Positions 9,725 through 18,278 of a stretch of 64,000 bases of DNA are shown here, one piece after another. Both the position numbers and the translations under genes were made by a program. Source of the stretch: Clostridia bacterium (GTDB taxonomy: Bacteria > Bacillota > Clostridia > UBA1212 > UBA1255); assembly GCA_017620915.1 (NCBI GenBank), contig JAFZSK010000083.1, positions 8,726-72,725 of the forward strand. Direction: 5' to 3'. Numbering within the stretch: the stretch's first letter is position 1; every line of letters starts with the position of its first letter. A model generated the notes under the pieces. It was not told the origin of the DNA, did not search any database, and saw only the letters and a list, made by a program, of their open reading frames with translations.

Positions 9725-11641
9725 TTATTCTAATTCAAACGCGCCCGTGTACAGCTGGTAGTAGGTGCCGTGCTGGGCGATCAGCTGGTCGTGGCTGCCG
9801 CGCTCGATGATGCGGCCGTGGTCGAGGACCATGATCACGTCGGAGTTCATGACCGTGGAGAGGCGGTGGGCGATCACAAAGACCGTGCGGCCCTCCATCA
9901 GTTTGTCCATACCCCGCTGCACGATGCTTTCGGTGCGGGTGTCGATCGACGACGTGGCCTCGTCCAGGATCATGACCGGCGGGTCGGCAACGGCGGCGCG
10001 CGCTATTGCCAGCAGCTGGCGCTGGCCCTGGGAGAGGTTGGAGCCGCTGCCGGACAGCTGCGTCTGGTAGCCGTCGGGCAGGCGCGTGATGAAGCTGTCG
10101 GCGCCGGACAGTTTGGCGGCGGCAATGCACTCCTCGTCGGTGGCATCCAGGCGGCCGTAGCGGATGTTGTCCATGACCGTGCCGGTGAACAGGCAGGTCT
10201 CCTGGAGCACCAGGCCCAGCGAGCGGCGCAGGTCGGATTTTTTGATTTTGTTGATATTAATGCCGTCGTAGCGGATCTTGCCGTCGGCAATATCGTAGAA
10301 CCGGTTCAGCAGGTTGGTGATCGTGGTCTTGCCCGCGCCGGTAGCGCCTACAAAGGCAACTTTCTGACCGGGCTCAGCGTACAGCGTGATGTCGTGGAGC
10401 ACCGGTTTGTCCTCATCGTACCCGAAGTCAACATTGAACATGCGCACATCGCCCCGCAGCGGTGTATATGTGAGCGTGCCGTCGCCGTGGGGGTGTTTCC
10501 AGGCCCATTGACCGGTCTTGGCGTCGGATTCGGTGACGTTGCCCTCCGCGTCGATGACAGCGTTCACCAGAGTCACATAGCCGTTGTCCGCCTCGGGCTG
10601 CTCGTCGGTGAGCGCGAATACCCGCTGCGCGCCGGCCGCGGCCATCGCCACGAAGTTGATCTGCTGGGAGACCTGGTTGAGGTTGCCCGTGAACTGCTTG
10701 GTCATGTTCAGGAACGGAATAATGATGCTGATGCCCAGCGCCAGGCCCGAAATGCTGAGGTTCGGGACTTTGTTGATCATCAGGATACCGCCTACGATGG
10801 CCACCAGCACGTACAGGATGTTGCCCAGGTTCAGTATGATCGGGCCCAGCATGTTGGCGAACGTATGCGCGCGGTAGCTGTCTTCGTACAGTGCCTGGTT
10901 GACCGCGTCGAAATCGCGGATGCTCTGGTCTTCGTGGTTGAAGACTTTGACCACCTTCTGGCCGTTCATGATCTCCTGGATGTAGCCCTCGGTCTTGCCC
11001 ATGGACTTTTGCTGGCGCACGAAATATTTCGACGAATTGCCGCCCACGGTCCGGGATACCCACAGCATCACCGCCACGCCCAGCAGCACCAGCAGCATCA
11101 GCCACACGCTGTAGTACGCCATTATAAACAGCACGGTCAACACTATCACGCTTGACTGCAGCACGATGGGCAGCGTCTCCGCCACCACCTGCCGTATGGC
11201 GTCAATATCGTTCGTATAATAACTCATTATGTCGCCGTAGCTGTTGCGGTCGAAGTAACGGATGGGCAGGTACTGCATGTTGTCGAACATGCGGCGCCGC
11301 AGCCGGTACAAGATGCCCTGCGTGATATACGCGGACAACTGCCGGTACACCAGTATGCAAATCACGCTTACAGTGTACAACACGATCAGCAGCGTTACCT
11401 GCGGTATTATCACGCTGCGCGCGGCGGCCCAGTCGCGGGTCTCGTAGTATTTGCCGATGGTCTCGATGACGCGCTGCAGGAACAGCGGCGGTATGGAACT
11501 GACGATGGCCGAGAAAATAATAAATATCGTGGTCAGCGTCGAAAGTCCGGGGTAGTATTTGAACAGCAGCTTGATGATGCGGCCCAGGAGACGGAAATCG
11601 ATGCGTCGGGACTTTTTGTCCGAAGATTCGTTTTTACGCAT
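9725..11641 (-). CDS. ABC transporter permease/ATP-binding protein (type I exporter half-transporter)
   Basis: 638 aa with an N-terminal 6-TM domain and a C-terminal NBD carrying Walker A GATGAGKTT, signature LSQGQRQ and Walker B ILDEATSSID. Confidence 0.9.
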   Translation of the reverse strand: MRKNESSDKKSRRIDFRLLGRIIKLLFKYYPGLSTLTTIFIIFSAIVSSIPPLFLQRVIETIGKYYETRDWAAARSVIIPQVTLLIVLYTVSVICILVYRQLSAYITQGILYRLRRRMFDNMQYLPIRYFDRNSYGDIMSYYTNDIDAIRQVVAETLPIVLQSSVIVLTVLFIMAYYSVWLMLLVLLGVAVMLWVSRTVGGNSSKYFVRQQKSMGKTEGYIQEIMNGQKVVKVFNHEDQSIRDFDAVNQALYEDSYRAHTFANMLGPIILNLGNILYVLVAIVGGILMINKVPNLSISGLALGISIIIPFLNMTKQFTGNLNQVSQQINFVAMAAAGAQRVFALTDEQPEADNGYVTLVNAVIDAEGNVTESDAKTGQWAWKHPHGDGTLTYTPLRGDVRMFNVDFGYDEDKPVLHDITLYAEPGQKVAFVGATGAGKTTITNLLNRFYDIADGKIRYDGININKIKKSDLRRSLGLVLQETCLFTGTVMDNIRYGRLDATDEECIAAAKLSGADSFITRLPDGYQTQLSGSGSNLSQGQRQLLAIARAAVADPPVMILDEATSSIDTRTESIVQRGMDKLMEGRTVFVIAHRLSTVMNSDVIMVLDHGRIIERGSHDQLIAQHGTYYQLYTGAFELE

Positions 11642-13412
11642 TGTCCGTCACCTCCTCTCCGGCCGCGTTGTCCGCGGCGTCGCTGTTGCGGGTCTGCTGC
11701 TCGTACGTCTCGCGGTACGCGGGACTGGATGCCATCAGTTCGGCGTGGGTGCCGGCGGCGATTATCCGCCCGTGGTCCAGTATCAAGATCTGGTCCGCGT
11801 CCATCACGGAGGCCACACGCTGCGCGATTATCAGCTTCGTCGTAGACGGGATGTACCGGCGGAAACCGGCGCGGATCAGCGCGTCGGTGCGGGTGTCAAC
11901 GGCGCTGGTAGAGTCGTCCAGGATCAGTATCTTGGGTTTTTTCAGCAGCGCGCGGGCAATGCACAGCCGCTGCCGCTGGCCGCCGGACACGTTGGTGCCG
12001 CCCTGGTCGATCTGCGTGTCGTACCCGTCGGGGAAGGACAATATGAAATCCTCCGCCTGCGCCAGCCGGCACGCTTCGGCGAGCTCTTCGTCGGTAGCGT
12101 CCGGATCGCCCCAGCGCAGGTTTTCTTTAATTGTGCCCGAGAACAGGAGGTTCTTCTGGAGCACCATTGCCACCCCGTCGCGCAGCACGGCGAGGTCGTA
12201 GTCGCGCACGTCGATGCCGCCGACTTTGACGCTGCCCTCCGTCACGTCGTACAATCGCGGAATGAGCTGCACCAGCGACGTTTTACCCGCGCCGGTGACG
12301 CCCAGGATGCCCACGGTGCTGCCGGACGGAATATCGAGGTCAATATCGCTGAGCGTGTCGTTGACCGCCTTCTCGGAGTACTTGAAGCGCACGTTTTCGA
12401 AGCGGATCGAACCGTCGGGAATAGTATTGACCGGCTCGGCGGGATTGGTGAGCGCAGAGTCCTCCCGGAGCACTTCGTCGATGCGGCGCGCGGATTCGGC
12501 GGAGATCGTCAACGTCACGTAAATCATCGAGATCATCATCAGTGAGATCAGGATCTGGAAGCCGTACGTGAGCATCGCGGACAGCTGGCCCACGTCGATG
12601 TAGTGGGTGGTGATGACCAGCTTCGAGCCGAAGGTCAGCACGAACACCATGTTGAAATACAGGCACATCTGCATCAGCGGCCCCAGCAGCGCCACGATGC
12701 GCTCGGCCTTGGTGAAGTCGATGCGGATGTCGTCCGATGCTTTGTCGAATTTTTCCTGCTCGTATTTTTCGCGGGCGAAGCCTTTCACCACGCGCATCGC
12801 CATCACGTTTTCCTCCACCGACTCGTTCAGGCGGTCGTATTTGCGGAACACGCTGCGGAACGCGGGCATTGCCTTCCGCGAGACCATGATCAGGCCGAAT
12901 ACCAGCACGGGCACAACCACCACGAACATCATTGCCAGCGCGCCCGCCATGGTGTATGCCATGGCGATGGCAAACACGAACATCAGCGGACTGCGGATGG
13001 CAATGCGGATCAGCATCATGTACGCCATCTGCACGTTGGCCACGTCGGTGGTCAGGCGCGTCACCAGCGAGGATGAGGAGAAGCGGTCAATATTGGTAAA
13101 CGAATACGTCTGCACGCGCCGGAACAGGTCGCCGCGCAGGTTTTTGGCGAAGCCGGCGGAGGCTTTGGCCGCGGTGAAACCCGCGAGCCCGCCGCAGGAC
13201 AGGGACAATACCGCCAGCACCACGAGGATCAGCCCGTTCTTGCCGATCACGTCCAGTCCGCAGCCGTTCTTTATATCGTTGGTAAGCTGCGCCACGATGA
13301 ACGGGATCAGGCATTCGATCACCACTTCGCCCACCATGAACAGCATAGTCAATATCGACGGTTTTTTATATTCGCGCACTGACTTGCCCAGGCGCTTCAG
13401 CATTTGTATCAT
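11634..13412 (-). CDS. ABC transporter permease/ATP-binding protein (heterodimer partner)
   Basis: 592 aa with TMD plus NBD (GVTGAGKTS, VSGGQRQRLCIA, ILDDSTSAVD). It overlaps the downstream ABC gene by 8 nt, so the two are likely co-translated as a heterodimer. Confidence 0.9.
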   Translation of the reverse strand: MIQMLKRLGKSVREYKKPSILTMLFMVGEVVIECLIPFIVAQLTNDIKNGCGLDVIGKNGLILVVLAVLSLSCGGLAGFTAAKASAGFAKNLRGDLFRRVQTYSFTNIDRFSSSSLVTRLTTDVANVQMAYMMLIRIAIRSPLMFVFAIAMAYTMAGALAMMFVVVVPVLVFGLIMVSRKAMPAFRSVFRKYDRLNESVEENVMAMRVVKGFAREKYEQEKFDKASDDIRIDFTKAERIVALLGPLMQMCLYFNMVFVLTFGSKLVITTHYIDVGQLSAMLTYGFQILISLMMISMIYVTLTISAESARRIDEVLREDSALTNPAEPVNTIPDGSIRFENVRFKYSEKAVNDTLSDIDLDIPSGSTVGILGVTGAGKTSLVQLIPRLYDVTEGSVKVGGIDVRDYDLAVLRDGVAMVLQKNLLFSGTIKENLRWGDPDATDEELAEACRLAQAEDFILSFPDGYDTQIDQGGTNVSGGQRQRLCIARALLKKPKILILDDSTSAVDTRTDALIRAGFRRYIPSTTKLIIAQRVASVMDADQILILDHGRIIAAGTHAELMASSPAYRETYEQQTRNSDAADNAAGEEVTDNA

Positions 13413-13413
13413 A

Positions 13414-14478
13414 TCAGTATTTCCCCAGTTCGTGAATGCGGTCGGAGATCGCTTTGAAGTTCTCGAAACTCACCGAGTTCGGTATCGAGTGGTCGGACGC
13501 GAAGAAGTAGCCGCTGTTTTCCTTCAGCACAGGTATCACGCGCTCGAGTTCCGCCAGGATCGCGTCTTTGTCGGGCCAGAGCACCGCGTTGACGCCGCCC
13601 CGCAGCGCCAGCTTGTCGCCGTACGTCTGCTTGATGCGGATCGGATCCATGCCCGCTTTGACCTCGATGGGGTTGAGGCAGTCAACGCCGATCTCGATCA
13701 GATCCGGAATAAACGGCTCCACGTACCCGCAGGAATGCAGTTCTACGAACATCCCGCGCTCGTGCGCCCAGTCGCACGCTTTCTTCTGGAACGGTTTCAG
13801 CAATTCGCGGTACATATCGAGGGAGAAGAACGTGCTGTTCTTGTAGCCCATGTCGTCCGGCCAGTGGATGCCGTCGAATTTGTAGCCTTTCGCCAGGATC
13901 TTGTCGTACAGCGCCAGGTTCATATCCAGGTAGTGCCCGAACATGTCGGTGATCCATTCCGGATCCTCGTACATGCCGATCAGCACGTTTTCGGTGCCGG
14001 TCGCCCACGAGTGCGTCACGTCGAAGCCGAACCAGAACGCGAGGTCAACGTACTCTCCCGCGGCGCGCGCCTTATTATACCGGTCGTCCAGCCACTCCCA
14101 GTTGATACGGTCGTCGCTGGGCGTCATGCGCGCTTTGGCGATCTCCCAGTGCTCCGGGTCCGAGATAAAGAAGTCCAGAAACTCCGGCGTGGAGTCGAGG
14201 TGCTTGAAGGATTTGAGTGTTGCCCCCCAGTTCGTGGTGTGGATCACGTACCGGTCAGTTTCCTCCAGAACTTTGCTCTCGAAACGGGGCGAGTTGTCGA
14301 TGGAGAACGTGACGCGGCGGTCGAAGCCGAAGTAGTCTTCCCACTCGATCCCGGCGGGCAATCCCTCGTTGTGCCACCGCTCCAGCGTTCCGGCCCACGG
14401 TGTGTCCAGCATGACGATGCGGTCAATTTCCTGATGCTTGAAAGTCCGTATAAACCGTTCCCGGCTCGTGAGTTCCAT
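13414..14478 (-). CDS. uroporphyrinogen decarboxylase (URO-D) family protein (MtaA/CmuA-like methyltransferase fold)
   Basis: Called start MELTSRERFIRTF is preceded by AGGAGGG; the track ORF extends 21 codons further upstream without an RBS. URO-D-like pattern throughout. Confidence 0.7.
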   Translation of the reverse strand: MELTSRERFIRTFKHQEIDRIVMLDTPWAGTLERWHNEGLPAGIEWEDYFGFDRRVTFSIDNSPRFESKVLEETDRYVIHTTNWGATLKSFKHLDSTPEFLDFFISDPEHWEIAKARMTPSDDRINWEWLDDRYNKARAAGEYVDLAFWFGFDVTHSWATGTENVLIGMYEDPEWITDMFGHYLDMNLALYDKILAKGYKFDGIHWPDDMGYKNSTFFSLDMYRELLKPFQKKACDWAHERGMFVELHSCGYVEPFIPDLIEIGVDCLNPIEVKAGMDPIRIKQTYGDKLALRGGVNAVLWPDKDAILAELERVIPVLKENSGYFFASDHSIPNSVSFENFKAISDRIHELGKY

Positions 14479-14695
14479 GGTCAAGATCCCTCCTGCCTTT
14501 TGCGGCAGAGGATATTGTACCACATTTTGGGCAAATGGCAAAGGGCAATTCTAAAAGCAGTCGCTGCGAGTTCTTTTTCGTTTTGGTTGCATCATTCTCA
14601 TTCTTTGAGCCGGATTTGGTATAAAGAAGTTTGTTTCATCGAGTTTAATACCAGTTTTTACTAGCTCTCGCTCATTTTCAAAAACGCATAACCCA

Positions 14696-14935
14696 AATAA
14701 TGGTATAAAATCTTTGAATTAGAATATAATAATCCAGCCTCACGGAACTCCCGTGGTATAAAGACCTTAATTAAAGATATTATATCCTATTCGCACCAGA
14801 TTAAACAGAGCCGACAATCGAGAGAAGGCGCCCAATTTGGTATTAAAATTCAAACAATCGTTACTTTTATCCAAAAAAGGAATAATCAAAACTCATGAAC
14901 TGCCTGAGAAGGCGCCTGGCGTAGTATAAAACCGT
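14696..14935. repeat. array of ~84-bp repeat units (cores at 14701, 14754, 14838 and 14921: GC-rich stem then TGGTAT[A/T]AAA), related to the inverted array at 56690-56882
   Basis: Direct reading: cacggaactcccgTGGTATAAAG; gagaaggcgcccaattTGGTATTAAAA; gagaaggcgcctggcgtaGTATAAAAC. Cores are spaced 84 and 83 bp apart. Confidence 0.7.
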
Positions 14936-15033
14936 ATAAAAGAAGCTGGATTGTCCAAATCAAGGAGATTGATCCCTATTGAATAAGTCGCGTGTTTTGG
15001 GTAAAATTGACAGCAGAAGGGGAGGTTTGACCC

Positions 15034-15630
15034 ATGACCATACTGGTAGATATGGACGATACGATCGAGTGCCTGCTGGCCGCGTGGGTCAAGGTGCTTA
15101 ACGAGCGTTACGGCCGGAGCGTCACTACGGAAGACGTGACCGACTGGGATGTGACAAAGGCATATCCCGGGCTGGCAAAGGAGCAGGTATACGGCGTGCT
15201 GAACGAAGAGGGGTTCTGGGGGCGCGTTGACCCCATGCCCGGCGCGGCCGAAGCGCTCCAAAGATTTATCGCGAATGGGCACGAGGTGTATATTGTCACC
15301 GCCACCGCGTACGAATCCGTGGCCGAAAAAATGCGCGACCTGCTGTTCCGGTGGTTCCCGTTCATTGGCTGGGGCAACGTCATCATTGCCGCCCGCAAGC
15401 AGATGATCCGCGCAGACGTGCTGATCGACGACGCGGTGCACAATATGATCGGCGGACAATACGCCAAGATCCTGGTCGACGCCCCGTACAACCGCGGTTT
15501 CGACGCCGCGGCGGAAGGCATGATCAGGGTATACTCATGGGAAGAGATAGAGAAGGAGATCGACCGCCTCGCGGCAGAAAAGGCGGCAGAGCGTCCGAAA
15601 CGGCGCCGGTCAAGACGGAAGGACAGATAA
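15034..15630 (+). CDS. HAD-superfamily 5'(3')-deoxyribonucleotidase-like (NT5C family) protein
   Basis: Starts MTILVDMDDT (DxD HAD motif I) and resembles NT5C. RBS AGGGGAGG is 8 nt upstream. Basic C-terminal tail. Confidence 0.7.
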   Translation: MTILVDMDDTIECLLAAWVKVLNERYGRSVTTEDVTDWDVTKAYPGLAKEQVYGVLNEEGFWGRVDPMPGAAEALQRFIANGHEVYIVTATAYESVAEKMRDLLFRWFPFIGWGNVIIAARKQMIRADVLIDDAVHNMIGGQYAKILVDAPYNRGFDAAAEGMIRVYSWEEIEKEIDRLAAEKAAERPKRRRSRRKDR

Positions 15631-15631
15631 T

Positions 15632-17353
15632 ATGGACGGCAAACTGAGCAAACTGGACCTGATGCGCATCAAGAAAAAGCGCGAGCTGATCCAAAAAAAG
15701 GACCCCGATAAAGACCGAATTCTTGAAACAACGCAGAACGCGACGCTGCTGGACTACGTGCAGTGGGTAGGCGACATTGGCTTTGAGAAGCTGCCTTTCC
15801 GGGAAGCGGACGCGCTGGTGCTGTGCGTGGTGTCGTATTTCGAGCTCCTGCAATTGTTCGCGGAAGGGCAGAAACGCGCGCGGCTCCGGGATTGTGTCCC
15901 GCTGATCGACGCGGGCCGGGCCCGGCTGATGATCACCGGCGGCGACATGGGCAACACCGAGATCTTTCGCGCGGCCGCGGCCTCCAAACGGTTCGGAGAG
16001 CTGGAGATCACGGATTACGTGGACAAATTGTCCGTCGATCCGCCGCTGCAGTTCGCCGCGATGTGCTTCCATTTCCGGGACGAGTTTTCGTTTATTGCCT
16101 ACCGCGGTACCGACAGTTCCCTCGCGGGCTGGCGGGAGAATTTCATGATATCGTTCACGCGGACAACGGCCCAGAACCTCGCCTCCGAATACGCCTCGCA
16201 GCTGGTGGAACCCGGCCATGTCTGGTATATTGCCGGCCATTCAAAGGGAGGCAATCTCGCACTGATCGCCGCGACGCTTTTGCCCCCGGATCAGATGGAC
16301 TTTGTGAAACGCGTGTTCGTGCTGGACGGTCCCGGCCTGTGCCCCGAAGTGTTCGACGAGCAGATGGTGCATAAGATCGACGATAAGATCACCCGCGTCG
16401 TGCCCGAATTCGACGTGATCGGCAAGCTGTTCGAACCTAAAGTCACCGACACTCGCATCGTCAAAAGCTACCGCGACGGCATCGAGCAGCACTCGCTGGC
16501 GTCGTGGATGGTGAGCCACGGCGGCCTCGCGGAGGTCAAAACCTTCGCCCCCGGCAGCCGCTGGATCAATGACCTGATGGACGAGTGGATCGCCGGCATC
16601 CCGCTGGAGGAGCGCGCGGTGTTCGTAGACGAACTGTTCGACGCTATGGAAGAAGCGGGCATTCAGGATCTCCAGGAGATCTCGCCGGAATACTTCGGCA
16701 ACCTCCTGATCCGCATCGGTTCCAAGAGCGACACCACCAAGAAAGTGCTCAAAAGCCTGCCGCGCAAACTGTTGCTGGACGATACCGAAAAAGAGCCGCT
16801 GAAAACGAAACTGCCGCGCATATTCCGCAATTCGCTGCTGATCACCGCGCTGGTGATGATCGCGCTGGGTGTGGGCGTGCTGTTTGTCTCCGATAAAATA
16901 CTCGAGATCGTGTCGATAGCGCTGGTTGCCATCGTCGCGGCGGTGGAGATATTCGTGATCGTCCGCCGGCTGATAAAATCAAAAGGCCGTATGGACGGGC
17001 TGCGGGAGCGGATATTTATCACGCTGGGCCTGCTGGCGCTGATCCCGGTGGTGCTGATCAAAGAAAAGGCAATGTTCATCTTCGGCAGCGTCATCTTCGG
17101 TGTACTGTTCCTGGTGCTGGGGTACGTTGCCGGCGAGCGCGCGGTCAAGGACAAGCGCATTTTCGTGCGGGTGCTGCACATCGTGGAGTGCGTGCTGTCA
17201 ATTGCCACCGGCGTCATTTTCCTGATCATCCCTTCCAAATGGGTGCATACGCTGGCAATAGTTCTGGGCATCGTGCTGCTGACGCTGGCCGCGGCGCGTA
17301 TCGGCTACCTGATCTGGGCGGCGATCAAAAAGAAGAAGGAAGCAGACTTATAA
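15632..17353 (+). CDS. DUF2974/Mbeg1-like alpha/beta-hydrolase (lipase-like GHSKGG nucleophile elbow) with C-terminal multi-TM region
   Basis: YIAGHSKGGNLALIAA serine-hydrolase motif. The C-terminal ~170 aa are strongly hydrophobic (4-5 TM helices). It starts 1 nt after the HAD gene, so the two are likely an operon. Confidence 0.6.
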   Translation: MDGKLSKLDLMRIKKKRELIQKKDPDKDRILETTQNATLLDYVQWVGDIGFEKLPFREADALVLCVVSYFELLQLFAEGQKRARLRDCVPLIDAGRARLMITGGDMGNTEIFRAAAASKRFGELEITDYVDKLSVDPPLQFAAMCFHFRDEFSFIAYRGTDSSLAGWRENFMISFTRTTAQNLASEYASQLVEPGHVWYIAGHSKGGNLALIAATLLPPDQMDFVKRVFVLDGPGLCPEVFDEQMVHKIDDKITRVVPEFDVIGKLFEPKVTDTRIVKSYRDGIEQHSLASWMVSHGGLAEVKTFAPGSRWINDLMDEWIAGIPLEERAVFVDELFDAMEEAGIQDLQEISPEYFGNLLIRIGSKSDTTKKVLKSLPRKLLLDDTEKEPLKTKLPRIFRNSLLITALVMIALGVGVLFVSDKILEIVSIALVAIVAAVEIFVIVRRLIKSKGRMDGLRERIFITLGLLALIPVVLIKEKAMFIFGSVIFGVLFLVLGYVAGERAVKDKRIFVRVLHIVECVLSIATGVIFLIIPSKWVHTLAIVLGIVLLTLAAARIGYLIWAAIKKKKEADL

Positions 17354-17388
17354 ACATTGCTCATTTTTATAGCAAATTAGCAAAAACG

Positions 17389-17419
17389 TATTGCAACATG
17401 ACATACAATATGCTATAAT
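17389..17419 (+). promoter_or_regulatory. sigma-70-like promoter for the toxin-antitoxin operon (TTGCAA-19-TATAAT)
   Basis: TTGCAA at 17389-94 and TATAAT at 17414-19, upstream of RBS AGGAGG at 17431-36. The spacer is somewhat long. Confidence 0.4.
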
Positions 17420-17444
17420 TAAGCGCCGAAAGGAGGTGCTTATT

Positions 17445-17762
17445 GTGGCAATTAAAAGTTCTAATGTGATTGCAAGAGTTGAGCCGGAAATCAAAGAAGA
17501 GGCAGAAGCCATCCTCGCGAAACTGGGTATTTCTGCATCTAATGGGATTAATATGTTCTATAGACAGATCATTTTATGGAAAGGTCTTCCTTTCCGGCCG
17601 GCGATCCCGGTCAGCAGACCGGTTGCTCTTGAGGAGATGACTCGAGAAGAGTTTGATGAAAAAATGACACGCGGTATTGCTCAGGCTAAAGCCGGCGAAG
17701 GAGTTCCTGCGGATGAATTCTTTGCGGCATTAAAGCAGGAAATCGATCAAACACATGTCTGA
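17445..17762 (+). CDS. type II antitoxin, RelB/DinJ family
   Basis: VAIKSSNVIARVEPEIKEEAEAILAKLGISASNGINMFYRQI resembles DinJ/RelB. GTG start lies 8 nt after AGGAGG. The gene overlaps the toxin gene by 8 nt. Confidence 0.8.
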   Translation: MAIKSSNVIARVEPEIKEEAEAILAKLGISASNGINMFYRQIILWKGLPFRPAIPVSRPVALEEMTREEFDEKMTRGIAQAKAGEGVPADEFFAALKQEIDQTHV

Positions 17763-18108
17763 CGTTTATGATCTGATAATCTTGCCTGAAGCTGCGCAAG
17801 ATATTCGCAAAACTGTATTATATATCGCAAATGAATTGGCCGCTCCGCAGGCAGCGCTTAATTTGCAGAACAAAATAGAAAAAGTAATCAGATCGCTGGC
17901 ATATATGCCGAATAGGATCAGGCTGGTCGAAGAGCAGCCATGGAAGGACGCCGGAATCAGAAGAACAAGAGCGGGGAACTATTATATTTATTTTTTTGTT
18001 GATGAGACAAAAATGACCGTTTATGTCAACGCTGTTATATATTCCGGACGAGATCAAACAAGCCAGATAGCATCTTTCACTTGCAATCCGTGTCCGGATA
18101 CGCTATAA
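17755..18108 (+). CDS. type II toxin, ParE/RelE family
   Basis: 117 aa, resembling ParE/RelE (…LYIANELAAPQAALNLQNKIEKVIRSLAYMPNRIRLVEE…YYIYFFVDETKMTVYVNAVIYSGRD). It is translationally coupled to the antitoxin. Confidence 0.8.
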   Translation: MSDVYDLIILPEAAQDIRKTVLYIANELAAPQAALNLQNKIEKVIRSLAYMPNRIRLVEEQPWKDAGIRRTRAGNYYIYFFVDETKMTVYVNAVIYSGRDQTSQIASFTCNPCPDTL

Positions 18109-18118
18109 TCACTATACA

Positions 18119-18248
18119 CCGGCTCTTAAAAGTACTGTCGGGTCTTACGCAATGGAATTTTGTGAACCCCGTCAGGTCCGGGAGGAAGCAGCGGTAAGCG
18201 AACCCTTTCGTGTGCCGTAAGTCCCCCGGCAGTACTTTCAGGAGCCGG
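18119..18248 (+). ncRNA. ffs: signal recognition particle RNA (4.5S/scRNA, ffs), small type
   Basis: Contains the domain IV consensus GTCAGGTCCGGGAGGAAGCAGC. Terminal helix: ccggctc…gagccgg and agtactg…cagtact. A TATAAT -10 box at 18104-09 precedes it and a TTTT tract follows at 18249-52. The position upstream of dnaX is the conserved Firmicute arrangement. Confidence 0.8.
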
Positions 18249-18278
18249 TTTTGTACATCCAGAAGGGAGCGTGGCAAT

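Noticed and set aside
9770-11155. Long antisense ORFs listed in the six-frame track across GC-rich genes. Examples: 9770-11155 + (461 aa), 12607-14664 + (685 aa), 19182-19985 -, 22714-23703 -, 55020-56624 + (534 aa, antisense to typA) and 62626-63972 - (448 aa).
   Set aside because: They lie opposite well-supported genes (ABC transporters, dnaX, typA, the glycosidase). Translations are Arg/Ala/Gly/Pro-rich low-complexity sequence of the kind produced by stop-codon depletion in ~60-65% GC DNA. They have no RBS and no family resemblance.
14542-15033. Considered whether the repeat-rich intergenic regions encode tRNAs or an rRNA fragment
   Set aside because: No tRNA T-arm (GGTTCGAATCC-like) or anticodon-arm structure and no rRNA-like conserved blocks were found. 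The regions are AT-rich with short GC cores.
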